Positions 44,401 through 54,515 of a DNA stretch of 64,000 bases are shown piece after piece. Below the pieces are notes generated by a model. That model was given only the letters and a program-made list of their open reading frames with translations. It was not told where the DNA came from and searched no databases. The stretch covers positions 32,001 to 96,000 of the forward strand of contig JAGSHN010000023.1 of the NCBI GenBank assembly GCA_029855935.1, given 5' to 3'. Made by a program: the position numbers and the translations under genes. This DNA comes from Candidatus Thorarchaeota archaeon. GTDB lineage: Archaea; Asgardarchaeota; Thorarchaeia; Thorarchaeales; Thorarchaeaceae. The first letter of the stretch is position 1. The number at the start of each line of letters is the position of its first letter.

Positions 44401-45371
44401 TAGCTCTTCGGCAGGTCCTCTTCCATCGAGAGAGTACCAAGCATGCGTGGCGAGATCTGACGCGGGAGCCCTAGGCTTGACCAGACACAGATGCATGCAC
44501 ACCAGTTGATTGTCAGCACAGCGGTTGCATCAAGAACCATCTTGGGATAATTGGTCAGCTGCGTGATGCCCCATTCAAAGTTAGTGATGACCTGGAATAT
44601 TGCAAGATAGGTCATCAAAGAGAATATGAAAACCACTCCGAGAAATATGTAAGGTAGACCAGCACTAGTGAGTTCCTCTTCCATACGATACTTTCGCCAG
44701 AATATGGCAAGCAATAGTGTTGATACGAATACTGGCAATAAGTATATGAATCCGTTCTGCGCTATGAAATAGGCCTGCTCGCCGAATAGTAGGGCGACTA
44801 TGTCATCAAGGAACTTGCTTCTGAGGCTACATATCGTAGTGCCCATCAAGAGGACAAAGAACACTCCGGTGACCAGTTGCCCACCGAATGAGCCTGATGT
44901 CGGTGTGAATGAATAGCTCCCATTGTCCTCCGGGATGGGAGCCTCATTGTGATCTTTAGATGATGAAACACGTGAAACCCTTCGAACGAACTTGGCAAAC
45001 TTGTTACGCAGGAATCGAACTGGTCCCGAGAATGAAATGCCGTACCTGAGAGACGAAACTACCAGTACGATAACCGTTCCAGATGCAGCAGTTAGAACAA
45101 TTCCCCATGTTATATCAAACCCCATCAAAGAGAATATGTCATCTGAAAAGGTGCGATACAGTGGGTCCCCAATCGTACTAGCCCAGTACCATTTGAGCAC
45201 AGCTCCTAGCGTGAAGAAAATGACTGGGAACGTCATAAATGCCGCACGGGTATTCCAATCGCCCAACTCCACCAGCTCAAGAAGACCTGTGCAGATGAGA
45301 TGTTCGGTGCGGAATAAATGTATTTTCTGCACCAATTGATGAATGCGAGAGGCACATAACAGCGATTGCAA
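41499..45371 (-). CDS. Large multi-pass membrane protein with Rossmann(RCK/TrkA-N)-like and ACT-like cytoplasmic domains
   Basis: 1290-aa uninterrupted ORF with about 10 hydrophobic segments in the first 480 aa, then LVLGGGSIAK, ILIIGG and CLKDVPGAL. Start may be the downstream MTFPV. Confidence 0.7.
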   Translation of the reverse strand: MQSLLCASRIHQLVQKIHLFRTEHLICTGLLELVELGDWNTRAAFMTFPVIFFTLGAVLKWYWASTIGDPLYRTFSDDIFSLMGFDITWGIVLTAASGTVIVLVVSSLRYGISFSGPVRFLRNKFAKFVRRVSRVSSSKDHNEAPIPEDNGSYSFTPTSGSFGGQLVTGVFFVLLMGTTICSLRSKFLDDIVALLFGEQAYFIAQNGFIYLLPVFVSTLLLAIFWRKYRMEEELTSAGLPYIFLGVVFIFSLMTYLAIFQVITNFEWGITQLTNYPKMVLDATAVLTINWCACICVWSSLGLPRQISPRMLGTLSMEEDLPKSYRDSLFSLFSLTGRHRFNSGFLFSAGVVVSTGAVGFEILWRLSQEILSVDVISTYLRALFLVSSTLTATSILLTFLAVYFMLRGTNSVFGVAVLVHNHLREITTLTFAFVTKIFFLALLLLFQEDEVIRSLVVKPSVLLVIDLGISIPFYGIVYSAFEMSEEMDNYLGKLTLNNLISSTYSYLVLGGGSIAKQFAIHIIREGLYEALPLARRRAIDYGYRIVGCNQVGISLRRIPPAQQRRDISTYLLEGMVFIDDNEEEVSFVGTHPQLGKYGVTEILLSDQERMLLLVPTIVESIQNRSVVRRAVRYARVIVHTSPELAIVFPMMKELRNIWSKRASSKGTYPWPVVIAITDSSRVYRVVHSINFEKMNDSGTEVATGTYHAIPLYLERTMSSFVGSLALVGWTESKKPENMKILIIGGSTRRAFYLFETIAAQKFNCVLNKSNIFMIRSRDIRLLSPNRDHICDPSISSGYVTFHFRDSLGAEKSRYSHKEKRMCVYRGTPNIALYKQIFSKLKAIVISGDEFHTLGILNWLIVAIEHFKRKTKSPLRLVILAEEEAEANECRKLLAEFMRRKKTKTNIIPYVFIRPAMAASFVSAFAFHGKLVVHDELPERLRLESHSGSEDKKDTALTGRLHCPIARDFESQKDVCNVRVQRNYVVESFSVTKTHGVSYGCCDQDIGALLAMLHDVLSGRGEPDKPQEQKETEGARAEKPGSSVVTTGESYAYISVCLKDVPGALVYVLNSLAGCVSREASSDDFYETSFGRSILNISITPCNKDIPRSMIQFAWESQGSRLELGPMVERVVLVTGRSDKSTDSPWNHFMIRLKDHLRSGNAERWSLLMRSQGQVQVITMGLERSKETTDCDRATPVCKNMSLRSFCPVAGALDLSLSLGDANGVEPGKDFADTARLDIISLSTSGYCFCLPPSRESLSSTHDSCLGSGNSLRHAWVHLVARLSGYKFQSSK

Positions 45372-45542
45372 CCCATTGAATGTTCGCGTGAGAATGTGGA
45401 TTTGATCAAAGATGCGGAGCGATCAACCGCATGTCAATTGACAAAAGAGATGCATGAGTGAGGACTCAGATCAGAGATGTGAAGTGGTGTGTTGATTTGC
45501 GACAAACTAATGTTTCCTGTCCCGTGGTAGGGGCCACTCAAA

Positions 45543-45884
45543 CTACATGTCCGACTTCGTACGAAGATTCTCGGCAATCTTGTCGGAGACCGGGTCCCCG
45601 TAGCCGCGTTCCACCAACTCGGCCCGAGCCGCCTCGACGACGCCGGCTATGTCAAGCCCTGATAGGCAGGTGGTCTGGCAGTTGCGGCAGGTGGTACACT
45701 CGTACAGTCGTTCGGTCAACTCGCTCCAGTCAAGCCATCCCCGCAATAGAGCGAACAAGATGGTCATCTTGTCCTTAGCACTATTTGACTCAAGTGTGGT
45801 CTGCTTGTAGATTGGACAGTTACTCTGACACAGTCCGCAGCTCACGCACTCCATGATGATATGACGATAGTCTTCAAGGACCAT
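45543..45884 (-). pseudogene. 3'-truncated GlcF/HdrD-like (Fe-S)-binding protein
   Basis: CVSCGLCQSNCP and CTTCRNCQTTC are present, but the ORF stops before the CCG domains. Confidence 0.75.
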
Positions 45885-45975
45885 TTTCTTCTTACCTCCA
45901 AGCATCCTCGTCCGTGACGTATGCAGAGTGAATCGGTCGCGTGCCCTTGTCCCGCTCCTCCGTGTCAAGACCCAT

Positions 45976-46962
45976 CTACCTTGGGTTCAGGATTCCATGA
46001 GGGTCAAACAGTTCCTTTATCTTTCGATCAATCTCCAACTTTCTCGCGCCGATCGCTTGAGAGACGTACGGGTTCTTGACATAGCCAAACCCGTGTTCGG
46101 CGCTGACGACACCACCAATACTCAAGACATACTCGATGATCTCTTTCTCGGCAATCTTCACTGCACGCCAGTGTTCCTCGTTATCGGGGTCAATCAGCAC
46201 CGCGGGATGGATGATACCAATGCCAGTGTGACAGAAGACGGCGGCTATGATATTGTGGGACCGAATGATTCGGCCCATCTCTCGAATTGCCTCACTCTGT
46301 TTTGAGAGCGGAACACAGGGGTCAGCAGCTGCAAAGCCCACCTCACGGTAGCCAGGATAGATTCGTACGACTGCCACATCAATAGCCAGACGAGGAGCCC
46401 ATAGCGTGTCGATCATCTTCGGGTCACGGGCAATGATGACATCCTTCCCGCCATGCTTTCGAAGAATATCGGCCATGAGATTCGCTCGACGCTCCAGATC
46501 AGACTCGTCGTAGGCGTGAAGGTCTCCCACAAAGTTTGCCTCACACTCGGGGAATCCGAGGTCCATCACATCATTGATTGTCTTGACCGTGTAGCCATCG
46601 GTTGCCTCCAGAGTGGCAGCCTCAACTCCTGCCATAGTTATCCCGTGAGAGGCCTTGATCAGTTCATCCAAATCATCGAAGAATGCACCAACACTCGCCT
46701 CGTACTTCGGGCGTGGTATCAGATTCAGCGTTGCCTCAGTGATGATGCCCAGAGTTCCTTCCGAGCCCGAGAAGAGCGATGCCAGATTGTAGCCCATGTT
46801 GTACCTCGGAGCCCTTGTGCCAACACGTAGAATGGACCCATCAGCCAAGACCACCTCAAGTTCACGGATCCAAGGGCTCACACGACCGTACTTGTATCCG
46901 TGGTGTCCGTTCGAGTCTGATGCGATGATGCCCCCGATGCTCGCCGCATCATGACTTCCCAC
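45976..46962 (-). pseudogene. 5'-truncated GlcD-like FAD-linked oxidase
   Basis: Starts mid FAD-binding domain (ASIGG); GSEGTLGIITEA and SAEHGFG present; GILNPR-TAG-MGL where NPGK is expected. Confidence 0.78.
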
Positions 46963-47154
46963 ATCATTGAGGAAACATCAGTCCGTGGTCGGCAAGAGCC
47001 TTATCGAGGGTCTCGTACCGCACACCCGGTTGCACTACTACGAGAAGATCTTCCACGTTTATCTCCAGTATCTTGTTCATGTGGCTTGTGTCCAGGACAA
47101 TGCCACCTGAGACTGGCAACGATGATCCCTGAAAGGAGGCACCACCGCCTCGGG

Positions 47155-47718
47155 GTGCAGAAAGTCAAGAAGAGTGGAGTCGGAGCGTTCCGCGAGTCGG
47201 ATGAGACAACGCCTCCTCTCGCACTCGCAGTGATAGTCATAACAACCCTGCTGGCATTCGTTCTGGTCTTCCTGATCTCGATTGCGTGGCTTGCTCCCGG
47301 TGTCTCGTCGGTATTGGTGCTGTTGATACCGCTCTTCGACCCGCCACTCTGGCTCTGGTCAGCGGGATTGGTAGTGCTTGAGATTGGAATCCTCCTTCAT
47401 CTCTGGTCGCGCGCGACGCGCAGAACCGACCTAGCCCTGTGGAGAGAGGGAGATGCCCGCGCCCTCGTCAGAAATGGCCCGTACGGAGTGGTCAGGCATC
47501 CGTCGTATCTATCGTACTGGCTGTGCTTCATCGGCCTGTCACTCCTGATCCCATCCGTAGTGACGGGACTGATGCTGCTCGGAATCCCAGGCTATTATCA
47601 GATAGCCGTTGCCGAGGAACAAGACCTGATTGCACGTTTCGGCGACGAGTATCTAACGTATGTGAATGGAACTGGCAGATTTCTTCCTCGCATCCGTACC
47701 AGAGGCCAAGTCATCTAG
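47155..47718 (+). CDS. Isoprenylcysteine carboxylmethyltransferase (ICMT/PEMT) family membrane protein
   Basis: LV..GPY..VRHPSY, EE..L..RFG.EY..Y. Start (GTG) uncertain. Confidence 0.85.
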   Translation: MQKVKKSGVGAFRESDETTPPLALAVIVITTLLAFVLVFLISIAWLAPGVSSVLVLLIPLFDPPLWLWSAGLVVLEIGILLHLWSRATRRTDLALWREGDARALVRNGPYGVVRHPSYLSYWLCFIGLSLLIPSVVTGLMLLGIPGYYQIAVAEEQDLIARFGDEYLTYVNGTGRFLPRIRTRGQVI

Positions 47719-47933
47719 ACGGCTCTGATGGAGAGGCCACTCTGAGCGCGCGCAGGCAGTGGGTACCGGCCTCGCTATCAATGGCGCAGAATGGCCGATG
47801 TCGACTTGACATCAAGAGAGTCACAGTAAGGCTGTCGTCCAAGGAGAAGAGTCCGAATCTTCGGCAAATCACATACGGTGTCTACAAGAAGGCTTTTCTC
47901 ATGGTCGATACACCTAGACTGCAGGTCACCCAA

Positions 47934-49121
47934 ATGAGAGCTATCAAGAATGCGACGATAGACTGCCCCGTGCTGGGACGAATTGGGAACGGGACGATTG
48001 TGTTTGACGAGTCGGGTATCCTTGATGTTGGGAGCGACGTTGAGATTCCCAAGGATGCCGAGGTCATAGACGCTGAGGGAAGGTTTGTAGTGCCGGGGTT
48101 CATCGACGCCCACACGCATCAGGGCCTCTTCGATGGCAGTATCGGTTGGGCCGGACAGGACGGGAACGAGTCAGTTAATCCGATCACTCCAGAACTGCGC
48201 GGGATAGACTCCTTCAATCCCTTCGAGCCATCGCTCAAGGAGGTTGTCAAGGGCGGTGTGACCTGTCTGAACACAGGTCCCGGCTCAGCAAATGTGATTG
48301 GCGGGCAGGCATTTGTGGTCAAACCCACTGGCTCGGGCATCATTGAGGACATGCTCGTGCTGGCACCGTCAGGACTGAAGGTCGCACTCGGCGAGAATCC
48401 CAAGAGGGTGCACGGAAACGAGAAGCGTTCTCCGGCCACACGGATGGCTGTGGCCGCACTGCTGAGAAAGACATTGACCGATGGGCAGAACTACCTGAAC
48501 GAGTGGACGGCCTACGGACAGAAGGCACGCGAGGCAAAGGAGAAGGGTGAGGCACCGCCCGCTCCGCCAAAGAAGGACATCGGCATGGAGGTCATTGCCA
48601 AGGTGCTCAAGGGAGAGATCCCACTGCACGCTCACGCCCACAGAGCAGATGACATCGCCACCGTGATAAGAATCGCAAGGGAGTTCAATGTCCGACTTGT
48701 GCTGATCCACTGCACCGAGGGACACAAGATTGCCGACTTCATTGCAAGGGCGGGTGTTCCCGCGGTGGTAGGACCAACAATGTTCTGGGTGAGCAAGCCA
48801 GAGACCCGTGAGAGATCCTTCGAGACAGTTGTCAAGCTCGTACGGGCTGGCGTGAAGGTCGCCCTGCAGACTGACTCGCTGACTCCGATGCTGCACTTTC
48901 AGCTTCTGCCTATGTACGCGATGAAGTATGGTCTGACCCGCGAAGAGGCATTCCGATGTGTCACAATCAACCCGGCTGAGATACTGGGTATCGAACACAG
49001 GGTCGGCTCCCTTGAGAGAGGGAAGGACGCGGACATCGTGGTATGGTCAGGCGACCCCTTCGACTTCTACAGCAGGCCCGAGATAGTGTTCATCAATGGA
49101 AAGCAGGTTGAGATTGAGTAG
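47934..49121 (+). CDS. Amidohydrolase family protein
   Basis: PGFIDAHTH, KVALGENPK, HAHRADD, HCTEG, TINPA, GKDAD. Start at MRAIKNA. Confidence 0.92.
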   Translation: MRAIKNATIDCPVLGRIGNGTIVFDESGILDVGSDVEIPKDAEVIDAEGRFVVPGFIDAHTHQGLFDGSIGWAGQDGNESVNPITPELRGIDSFNPFEPSLKEVVKGGVTCLNTGPGSANVIGGQAFVVKPTGSGIIEDMLVLAPSGLKVALGENPKRVHGNEKRSPATRMAVAALLRKTLTDGQNYLNEWTAYGQKAREAKEKGEAPPAPPKKDIGMEVIAKVLKGEIPLHAHAHRADDIATVIRIAREFNVRLVLIHCTEGHKIADFIARAGVPAVVGPTMFWVSKPETRERSFETVVKLVRAGVKVALQTDSLTPMLHFQLLPMYAMKYGLTREEAFRCVTINPAEILGIEHRVGSLERGKDADIVVWSGDPFDFYSRPEIVFINGKQVEIE

Positions 49122-49239
49122 AGGTGAAGTGTGTACGAACGTGGTGTCCCCGGTCAATGCTCTATGCTGATTATCCAATATCAGGAACCTTCTCGCTGCA
49201 GGCCGGCAGCCACAATAGATGTATAGGACGGTGCGCACG

Positions 49240-50193
49240 TCACCGAACTCCAAACCAAGACCTAAGTAGGAGGCTCGAATAGATATCACACCTCTCAGCC
49301 TCTGCAGGCCCGAACGAGGGAACGTCCTTGGCGTGTACCCTATTTCGGAGCTTTACGAGCTCCCCCGCAAGATAGTCTTCAAAGCTGTTCCGGTCCACAA
49401 CGCCAAAGGCTCTCAACGCACCCAACAGCTGGCCAGCCGTGAGCCTGTCAATACCCTTGGAGCCGAATCTCTTCCGTATGGCCTCCCATTCATCGGGTCT
49501 CTCGGCGACCACTGACTCGAGAAGCCTCTTCATAGCAGCCTCGAAGGCCTTTGACGTCTCTACAACAACATTCGCCCACTGTTCTTGCCAGAGGCTGGTC
49601 TTTGCCTGAAAGACGTGATTCCACACAGTCTCAGGAAGGTTTGTGATGAAGAGAGCAGCTGGCGTATTCAGGGCATCCATTCCAGCAGACGTCAGGTACA
49701 ACCTCACCTCGTCCCTTTCAGGCGCCAAGAGGCCGAGCAGAATCAACTTGCTGACCCTCCGGTAGAACTCGTTGCCAGGGGGGACGATACCACGCTTCCA
49801 CAGTCGTTCCTCAAGATCAAGAACGTGGCCACCGATCTCACGTAGGGCTGAGAGGACTTCGCGGTCCACGGAGTCCGCGAGAAGATACGGTGCCTGACGA
49901 TGAGCGTCAACTTCGATTGCGGGCCTCTCCCTCTCCACTCTCTCCATGATCTCGCGCCACTTGGCTCGTCTCTCACGTACAATCCAGATGAAATGCGTGA
50001 GTCCGACCACGACTCCCAGCAGGCCAATCACCAGCAGGACAACCAGCTCAATGACTCCACCCGCAGCGGTCAACAGGCCCAGGCCCGGAAAGAGCAGGTG
50101 GAGCACAATGATGAGTGCTGCCGTAGCCAAAGCGATGACACCGATCTGAGTGAAGTACGTGACAGCTAGGCGGTATAGGCGTCCGGACTCCAT
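49240..50193 (-). CDS. 2-TM + winged-helix-like + HEPN-like protein
   Basis: Two N-terminal TMs; wHTH-like RVSKLILLGLL...LYLTSAG; C-terminal helical domain with AFEAAMK and LRNRVH. Confidence 0.6.
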   Translation of the reverse strand: MESGRLYRLAVTYFTQIGVIALATAALIIVLHLLFPGLGLLTAAGGVIELVVLLVIGLLGVVVGLTHFIWIVRERRAKWREIMERVERERPAIEVDAHRQAPYLLADSVDREVLSALREIGGHVLDLEERLWKRGIVPPGNEFYRRVSKLILLGLLAPERDEVRLYLTSAGMDALNTPAALFITNLPETVWNHVFQAKTSLWQEQWANVVVETSKAFEAAMKRLLESVVAERPDEWEAIRKRFGSKGIDRLTAGQLLGALRAFGVVDRNSFEDYLAGELVKLRNRVHAKDVPSFGPAEAERCDIYSSLLLRSWFGVR

Positions 50194-50643
50194 CTCCACA
50201 GCCCTCCGCGGCGTGGTGAAACATTCCCTGGAGACATTCCATCTAGACCTCACAGGTATGGCGAGAGAGCACCAGACAATGACCAAATCAATGTTCACAC
50301 TGGTATATGTTCTACCAAGCGGGGGAAATCTCGCCTGATGTGCGTGCCACTGCTACGACGCAGCGTTCTCCTCAACGGCAAGCAGAAATGCGGCCACAGC
50401 GCCGAACAGTCTTTCAAATCAAGAAATCACTCTCAGTGGGAAACGTGATGCGTCCGAATATCACACCGAAGTGAGTTTCAAACAGACCAGACCACGTGAG
50501 AGGGGCCCAGAAAAACGGTGAGGCAAGGCGGAACAGGATGTGTCTGTCGCCCTGCCTCTGAGTTGGCTGCCCCTCGGATACGTCGCCAATCGCCCAAAGT
50601 CCAGAACGGGACCCTCTTATGCAAGGGCCTATTGCTAAATCTT

Positions 50644-50898
50644 CTAGTCAGGTGAGTCCAGGTGCTCCTGCACGATGCGCTTGACCCACGAGATGGGATG
50701 CTCCGGCTTCTGTCCGCTCCCGTAGATCTCTTCCATCGCCTTCTTGAACCGGCTGTAGTTCGTCTCGAAGTCGATCTCCACATCCCAGTTCTCGTTGATC
50801 CATTCCTGTAACTCTTCGTAGTAAGGCACATACCTCCAGGCAAGTCCCATAGTGAGTTTCTTCCCGTCAGGCAGTCTGAATACGTACATCCTCGTCAC
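50644..50898 (-). CDS. Small hypothetical protein
   Basis: 84-aa ORF with GC-rich third positions like neighbouring genes and protein-like composition. Confidence 0.65.
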   Translation of the reverse strand: MTRMYVFRLPDGKKLTMGLAWRYVPYYEELQEWINENWDVEIDFETNYSRFKKAMEEIYGSGQKPEHPISWVKRIVQEHLDSPD

Positions 50899-51511
50899 TT
50901 GCGAAGTCCCCCATTACATGTATGGCGCGAAGACAGAAGAAATTTTCTCGTATAGACTCCCGCGTTGCCGAAGCAAGTGTCGACAACAACCGGACTTGAA
51001 CCTGCTCTCACACCTTAACCGACGTGGATCGCACGCACAAAGGGGGAGTCAATGGTGCGGCCCTTGAGCCCGCAGTCTGAGACAGGTCTCACACAGGAAG
51101 AGAGCGGTTGCGGACGGAGAAGGCCACTCAAGACTTGGCCCAGTTTCCGAAGCACCAAGAGATCAGTCAGAACTGGCACTGATACACCAGCCTCAATCCA
51201 CACCTATGTCCATCTACGAGCAGGCTGACTCATCTGTCTCCAAGCCCGAAGACTGTGACTCCGTGTTCAACGAATGCCCTCCCGCACCGGGGTCTCGCAT
51301 CAGGTGTCATTGCCGCTTCCTGGTAGTCCCTCGACCAGGACGCGGAATATCGCATCAAGCCCCCAATTTGACGCTCTGGAGCCCTCCCGCAGCATACGTT
51401 TCATCTACATCCCATGGTGGGTCGAGCAAGGGCCATGAAGAGTGAGAACTTCACCGATGCTCCAGCCAATCTGAACAAGGTTTATTCCAGCGCGGATCAA
51501 GGAACAACGGT

Positions 51512-53113
51512 ATGCGGAGCGCGGGTGTGCGAGTCCCCATAGGAGAGTTTCGAGGTCATGCCGGCCCTGTGAGTTGCGTTACATTCTCCCCCGATGGACG
51601 CTGGATTGCCTCGGGTGGTACTGACCAAGTCACCCGACTCTGGGATGTCCAGACGGGTCATCCTCTCGTTGTCCTAGAGGGCCACTCATTCTGGGTCTTC
51701 TGGGTGGCATTCTCGCCTGACGGACGGCTACTCGCCACTGCGTCGGCGGACAAGAGCATCCGTTTCTGGGATACAGTGTCTGGCGAGTACGTGGACATCA
51801 TCGTAGACCACTCAGACTGGGTGAGGACCGTCACATTCTCACCGGACGGGCAGCTCCTCGCATCCTGTTCGAGGGACGGGACAGTGCGGCTGTGGGATGC
51901 ACGGACACGCGACTGTATCAGAGTCATCTCAGACAGACTAAGTGAGATCAACTCAGTGGCGTTTCAGCCCGGTGGCTCGATGATTGCAGCAGGACTATGC
52001 TATGGAGTCATACGACTCTGGGACCACAAGACAGGCGAATGCCTCAGAACACTCAGTGCCGGTACTGGGAGGGTCAATTCGGTGGCGTTCTCGCCTGACG
52101 GAGGGCTGCTGGCATCAGGCTCAGACTACGGCGCAGTACATCTGTGGGATGCGGAGAGCGGCGATTGCCTGTTCGTGCTCAAGGGTCATATATCCAATGT
52201 GAGATCAGTGTCATTCAGTCCTGACGGTCGGACACTTGCCTCCAGCTCCTCGGACGGGTCAATATGGCTCCACGATGTAAGGAGTGGAGAACGTCTCGCT
52301 CTATTTGAGGGCCACATAGGGCGTGTGGACTCAGTTGCATTCTCCCCGAATGGGCGACTGCTGGCCTCCGGTTCGGATGACCTGACCATCCGGCTGTGGG
52401 ACATCGAGAGCGGTACCTGTGAGAGGGTTCTCGGGAGAAGTCCACCGTATGCCTATTCAGCTGTGCTGTCACCTGACCAATCCATTCTGGCCGTAGGTCA
52501 TTCAGACGGGTCGATCAATCTGTGGGATGTACGAACACGTACAGTCCTCAGGACATTGAGGGGTCACTCCTGTGGTGTATTCGAGTTGGCGTTCTCTCAT
52601 AGCGGCCTGCTGCTGGCATCTGGCGCCAGTGAGAGCGGCGTAAGGCTCTGGGACGTGACCTCCGGAGAGTGCATCAGAGAGATGCACACTCCCCTCACAA
52701 TGCCAAGTTCTCTCTCCTTCTCCTCTGATGACTCGATCCTGCGCGTGGGACTCTCAGGACTCGAAGACGGATACTATGATGTGGAAACTGGACAGCAGCT
52801 GTTGACTGTATCGAATCAGGTACAGGTCAAAGACGGGGACCACAAATGGGATGATTGTCTCCAGGACAACATCGACGCAATGACCAACGACACACGCGTC
52901 GAGATATTCGTTGAGATTGCCTACCTCGAAGTGAGTATGAACGGACTGGGAATCGAGGACCCGAGCAGTCCTCTTGTGAGCCTCTTGAGGTCATACGTAA
53001 CAAATCCCCAGTGGGTCTGGATTGGAAATGGCGTCTGGATAAATTACGCCTTCACAGAGGAGGGGTTGCTGAAAGAACGTGCTCGACAGATAATTTCGCA
53101 GATCAAGACCTGA
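51512..53113 (+). CDS. WD40-repeat protein (about 10 repeats + unknown C-terminal domain)
   Basis: GH...V.SVAFSPDG..LAS.S.D..IRLWD units about 42 aa apart; TTTATT about 30 nt upstream. Confidence 0.95.
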   Translation: MRSAGVRVPIGEFRGHAGPVSCVTFSPDGRWIASGGTDQVTRLWDVQTGHPLVVLEGHSFWVFWVAFSPDGRLLATASADKSIRFWDTVSGEYVDIIVDHSDWVRTVTFSPDGQLLASCSRDGTVRLWDARTRDCIRVISDRLSEINSVAFQPGGSMIAAGLCYGVIRLWDHKTGECLRTLSAGTGRVNSVAFSPDGGLLASGSDYGAVHLWDAESGDCLFVLKGHISNVRSVSFSPDGRTLASSSSDGSIWLHDVRSGERLALFEGHIGRVDSVAFSPNGRLLASGSDDLTIRLWDIESGTCERVLGRSPPYAYSAVLSPDQSILAVGHSDGSINLWDVRTRTVLRTLRGHSCGVFELAFSHSGLLLASGASESGVRLWDVTSGECIREMHTPLTMPSSLSFSSDDSILRVGLSGLEDGYYDVETGQQLLTVSNQVQVKDGDHKWDDCLQDNIDAMTNDTRVEIFVEIAYLEVSMNGLGIEDPSSPLVSLLRSYVTNPQWVWIGNGVWINYAFTEEGLLKERARQIISQIKT

Positions 53114-53476
53114 CCAAGCCTGACGCAGACAGTGCTACGGTGACATGACTTCAAGACAGAGGGAGACGATAAGGCGACGCGTGGAACGTATCTCTCGCAT
53201 GACCGGGTGGGCAAAGGAAAACACGATGGACGTCAAATAGCCGCGTTTCTCAACAGTTCCAAGAACTGATTCGAGGGCGATACGACCGAACCCACATTCC
53301 AGATGACCTCTAGCAAAGCCGTCGCCCCACACACGAATTGTCCTCCGTGGCGTCGTTGCTGCTCTGGGCGTTTCACGCGATTCTCCACCAGTAGTCTGTG
53401 CACGCAGCAACTATGGTTTCTATAAGGGATGACCGACACAGGTATCAAAGGATGCAGGAACGTACGTTGCAGGCGG

Positions 53477-53896
53477 ATGACCGTGGAGATTGATTCGAAA
53501 AGACTGGCCCGCTACAGACAGAAGACTCGCCGGATCTTGTCTGCACTCGAAGAACTATTCAGCAGGCCCTCCAGACCACGGGGTCTGGTCCTGAGAGGGA
53601 TATACTACAACATCATCACGGCAATCGAGAGTGCTATGGATATTGCAGCTATGCTGGTCCGAGACTTGAGAGACGTACCAGTGGGCGACACGGAGAATGT
53701 AGGTGTCCTCACTCAGCACGGGATGCTGACCCAAGATCTGGCCCAGCGCCTGCTGCGCTGCATCGCACTGAGGAATGTCCTGATTCATAGATACAACGGG
53801 ATAGACGAACAACGCGTGATGGAATCGATATCAGAGGTCGACGGAATCCTGCGGGAGTATGTTGAGGTAGTGGAGGGACTCGTTGGTGGACCTTGA
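53477..53896 (+). CDS. HEPN/DUF86 toxin
   Basis: IESAMDI, intact LRNVLIHRY (Rx4H). Confidence 0.88.
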   Translation: MTVEIDSKRLARYRQKTRRILSALEELFSRPSRPRGLVLRGIYYNIITAIESAMDIAAMLVRDLRDVPVGDTENVGVLTQHGMLTQDLAQRLLRCIALRNVLIHRYNGIDEQRVMESISEVDGILREYVEVVEGLVGGP

Positions 53897-54515
53897 GGAG
53901 GTACGGCGAGAACTGGCATTTCTTTCGGGATGGGAGGTCATAGCGTTTGGCTCTGCGGTCAGAGGTCAGGCCGGGCCTCAATCAGACATCGATATTGCAA
54001 TAATCACGCGGACTCAGGACGCAGACGCACACTGGAGGCTCAGGATGGATGCCCTTAGCAAAGCGCCGGAGCGGTATGACATCCAGATTCTCGAGGACCT
54101 GCCGATAGTCGTGATTGCTGACATCCTCGATAACTATGTGGTCGTCTTCGGAGACCCGCCAGCGATAGGAGAGTATCTGTACACGTACCGGAGGGAGTGG
54201 GAGAGATATCAGCGGCGATTCGAGCTGCCCTCTCTGGATGAGATCAAGAGGGGAGTAGGACACTCACACGGCCAAGTAGAGGATTCAGAGAGGGCGTCAC
54301 CACCTAGAACAGGGAACCTCCGGCTGGCCCCAGACCCCGCCGGTCGTGTCCTGCGCCCCTGGGCCTCTTCCCGAGGGGGGCGCACGCCCTATTTCAAGAC
54401 AGTGAAGTCCTTAGTGCAGGAAAGAATGGTATCAAAGTGGGTCAAGGCAGGACAGCACCTCACGGCACTGTCGAACGATAACACTACTCGATACCAATTC
54501 GCGAGGCGACCTTGA
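53883..54515 (+). CDS. MNT antitoxin (with long, possibly read-through C-terminal tail)
   Basis: FGSAVRG, SDIDIA, YDIQ; overlaps the HEPN gene end. Confidence 0.82.
   Translation: MVDLEEVRRELAFLSGWEVIAFGSAVRGQAGPQSDIDIAIITRTQDADAHWRLRMDALSKAPERYDIQILEDLPIVVIADILDNYVVVFGDPPAIGEYLYTYRREWERYQRRFELPSLDEIKRGVGHSHGQVEDSERASPPRTGNLRLAPDPAGRVLRPWASSRGGRTPYFKTVKSLVQERMVSKWVKAGQHLTALSNDNTTRYQFARRP

Noticed and set aside
39263-45978. In-frame TAGs at conserved positions (HEPN Glu, GlcD Lys) as pyrrolysine/TAG recoding
   Set aside because: Many intact genes here end at TAG at their natural ends (OLD, subtilase, amidohydrolase), and both cases lie in otherwise decaying loci.
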